Positions 61,933-64,000 of a DNA stretch of 64,000 bases are shown here, piece by piece. The translations under genes and the position numbers were made by a program. The notes below the pieces were generated by a model. That model was not told the DNA's origin, searched no databases, and worked only from the letters and a program-made list of their open reading frames with translations. The number at the start of each line of letters is the position of its first letter. The first letter of the stretch is position 1. This DNA is from Verrucomicrobiota bacterium (GTDB taxonomy: Bacteria; Verrucomicrobiota; Verrucomicrobiia; Opitutales; Cerasicoccaceae), in contig JBCBUK010000004.1 in the NCBI GenBank assembly GCA_039818205.1, positions 136,302 through 200,301 of the forward strand. The letters run 5' to 3'.

Positions 61933-62721
61933 ATGCACAATATCCGAAAATTCATCCTCTTGTTGAGCCTTGGCCTGGCGCTGTTCGCCGGCATGACCCC
62001 GACTACTTGGGCGCAGGATAACCCACCGGCGGAAACTGCAGCCGCCGAAGAAGCTGCCGAGGGCGCCGCTGAAACAGGAGAAGGCTTGAGCGTCATGACC
62101 TTGTTTAAGGCTGGTGGTCTCGCCATGTATGCTTTGCTCTTCCTCTCGATTTGCGCATTCGGTTTGATCATCTACAACTTCATGATGATCCGCGAGAAGG
62201 TCTTCTTGCGTCCTGACCTGGTTGATCAGATCAAACCAGTCATGGGGAATCTCCAGTTCGACAAGGCTCGCCAGCTTTGTGACGAGAATCCATCGGTCGT
62301 GACCAACATCATCTACTCGGGTCTGGACCGGGTTGATCCTGAGAATTTTGACCCCGAGGCGATTAAGGAAGCCATGGAAGAGTCTTCCACCGAGGAGTTA
62401 GCGGCACCATTCGTGATGATTAACTACTTGTCCCTGATTGCCACGCTGTCTCCAATGGTTGGACTGCTCGGAACCGTTTCCGGTATGATTAAGGCCTTCC
62501 GCGCTATCGCGTCGCAGGGTATGGGTCAACCGCAGGCACTCGCAGACTATATTTCTGAGGCTTTGATTACCACGGCTTCAGGTCTGATCGTTGCGATCCC
62601 AGCCATGTTCTTCTTTTTCTTCTTCAAGAACAAATACGGTAAGATCGCTTCCAGCGTTTCGAAGCTCGTTGGTGATGTCTTCTTCGACATGCTGCGTGGC
62701 CTCCGCCGTCACCAAGGTTAA
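61933..62721 (+). CDS. MotA/TolQ/ExbB proton channel family protein
   Basis: GGLAM, SPMVGLLGTVSGMIKAF, ISEALITTASGLIVAIPA. Confidence 0.95.
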   Translation: MHNIRKFILLLSLGLALFAGMTPTTWAQDNPPAETAAAEEAAEGAAETGEGLSVMTLFKAGGLAMYALLFLSICAFGLIIYNFMMIREKVFLRPDLVDQIKPVMGNLQFDKARQLCDENPSVVTNIIYSGLDRVDPENFDPEAIKEAMEESSTEELAAPFVMINYLSLIATLSPMVGLLGTVSGMIKAFRAIASQGMGQPQALADYISEALITTASGLIVAIPAMFFFFFFKNKYGKIASSVSKLVGDVFFDMLRGLRRHQG

Positions 62722-62761
62722 TTGCATTAGTTGATTGAAACTTGATTAAGGACCACCGCCA

Positions 62762-63166
62762 ATGAAAGCAAACGTACCACAGCTTGAGGACCAGGAATTC
62801 GACATCACGCCCATGATCGATGTCGTCTTCCTGCTTATCGTATTTTTCATGGTGGTGGCAGCGGAAATTACCAAGCAGATTGAGGTAGATCTTCCCGAAG
62901 CGGATAAGTCTATCGTGCCCGAGGAGACTGGCCGCCGGATGGAAGTCTCGATCGAGGAAGATGGTAAGATCTACGTGAGATTGAGAGAAGTTAGCGTTGA
63001 GGAGCTAGTAACCGAGTTGCGAGCCGGGAACAGCCAGATTGAGGGCTTCAAGGTGTTCCTTCGTGCTGACTCGCGAGCTCCGCACAAATTCGTAAACGAC
63101 GTCATGACGGCTTGTGCTGAAGCGGAAGTATTCGACGTCATTTTTGCGACCTTTCAGGACAAATAA
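62762..63166 (+). CDS. ExbD/TolR family protein
   Basis: ITPMIDVVFLLIVFFMV, VDLPEA, LRADSRA. Confidence 0.95.
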   Translation: MKANVPQLEDQEFDITPMIDVVFLLIVFFMVVAAEITKQIEVDLPEADKSIVPEETGRRMEVSIEEDGKIYVRLREVSVEELVTELRAGNSQIEGFKVFLRADSRAPHKFVNDVMTACAEAEVFDVIFATFQDK

Positions 63167-63171
63167 AAAGC

Positions 63172-63603
63172 ATGGCAAAGAAAGTTTCATTTCTTGATAC
63201 TAAGGACACGGTCGACCTCACGCCGATGATCGACGTTGTCTTCCTGCTCTTGGCCTTCTTCATGGTCACGACCGACTTGACTGAAGAGTCCGACCTTGGC
63301 CTGAAACTTCCGGCCAATACTCAGCAGTCCAATCCAGACGAGCAGCCAGACGAGCATATTGTGGATATCGCTCCGAGTGGAGAAGTTTCCTTGAATGGTT
63401 CTCCAATGGATAACGCCGGTAGCATTAACCTTCCTCAACTGGTAAACACGCTTAGCCGCTTGAAGGAAGCCGCCGATCGTGCGGGCCAACGGACGTCAGT
63501 AACCATTATGGCCGATCCTGACTCACTCCACGAACGTTCGATTGCGGTTCTCAACGCTTGCGCAGCGGCGGATGTCAAATTCGTGATGTTCTCGCAGGAC
63601 TAA
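63172..63603 (+). CDS. ExbD/TolR family protein (second copy)
   Basis: LTPMIDVVFLLLAFFMV, IMADPDS. Confidence 0.95.
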   Translation: MAKKVSFLDTKDTVDLTPMIDVVFLLLAFFMVTTDLTEESDLGLKLPANTQQSNPDEQPDEHIVDIAPSGEVSLNGSPMDNAGSINLPQLVNTLSRLKEAADRAGQRTSVTIMADPDSLHERSIAVLNACAAADVKFVMFSQD

Positions 63604-64000
63604 GTTTTCCTCCGGGCGGAGGAAAACAAATACTGCTGAGCGAGTCCCGCGTTGGATCCAAAGTGGATTCGACCGAAATGTGCGATTTGATCGACGCTCC
63701 AATCGTCAAGTCCGTAGCGTTCCTTCATGACTCGAGCAATCCAGGTATCTACCGGGAATGCCTCGAGTTTGTCGCCGCCGAACAATAAGGTGCAATCAGC
63801 AATTTTTTCCCCGACGCCCGGAAGTTCCATAAGCTTCGCCTTGGCTTGCGGATAGGGTAGCGACTCAACGATATCGAGCCAGCCTGGCTGTCCGGCCAAA
63901 TAATGAGCTACCCCGTGAATATAGCGCGCACGGTAACCTAAACCGCAGCTACGCAGTTCCGATTCGCTCACGTGGTGGAGTTCGTTCCAGGTCGGCAAAC
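63600..64000 (-). CDS. HhH-GPD DNA glycosylase (8-oxoguanine glycosylase-like), partial
   Basis: GLGYRARYI, HhH motif LPGVGEKIADC, FPVDTW, AGLAQQYLF; 5' end lies beyond the window. Confidence 0.9.
   Translation of the reverse strand, partial: LPTWNELHHVSESELRSCGLGYRARYIHGVAHYLAGQPGWLDIVESLPYPQAKAKLMELPGVGEKIADCTLLFGGDKLEAFPVDTWIARVMKERYGLDDWSVDQIAHFGRIHFGSNAGLAQQYLFSSARRKT

Overview
A gene-dense bacterial chromosome segment with about 64 CDS and no rRNA, tRNA, CRISPR array, transposase or phage gene that I could see. The lineage is probably Verrucomicrobiota, Opitutia-like. This is an inference from the PEP-CTERM protein, the Lys-rich N-terminus on PpdK, an SHD1-like protein, the TPR-ExbB-ExbD module and mostly Shine-Dalgarno-less starts. 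Most genes are housekeeping: nadE, ppdK, tatC, mpl, pyrE, aroE, pilD, recO, rplU-rpmA, scpB, queA, acs, mnmA, trpB, pdxA, lpxA, proS and thiD, plus transporters (2 MFS, EmrAB-like, SulP) and an ECF sigma/anti-sigma pair. The strongest leads are: (1) a translationally coupled four-gene unit at 44350-48126 (SET methyltransferase with an H1-like tail, MGDG-synthase-like glycosyltransferase, SCP2-like lipid-binding protein, FumI-like class III aminotransferase) that suggests an undescribed amino-lipid or glycolipid pathway; (2) a roughly 167-nt rod-shaped RNA with a central bubble upstream of scpB (6S-RNA-like); (3) a candidate sigma54-driven sRNA or leader of about 100 nt with its own terminator, divergent from proS; (4) a TPR-TPR-ExbB-ExbD-ExbD operon without TonB; (5) a Bor-like lipoprotein paired with an ALO-family flavoprotein. 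All calls come from motif recognition by eye; no searches or folding programs were run.
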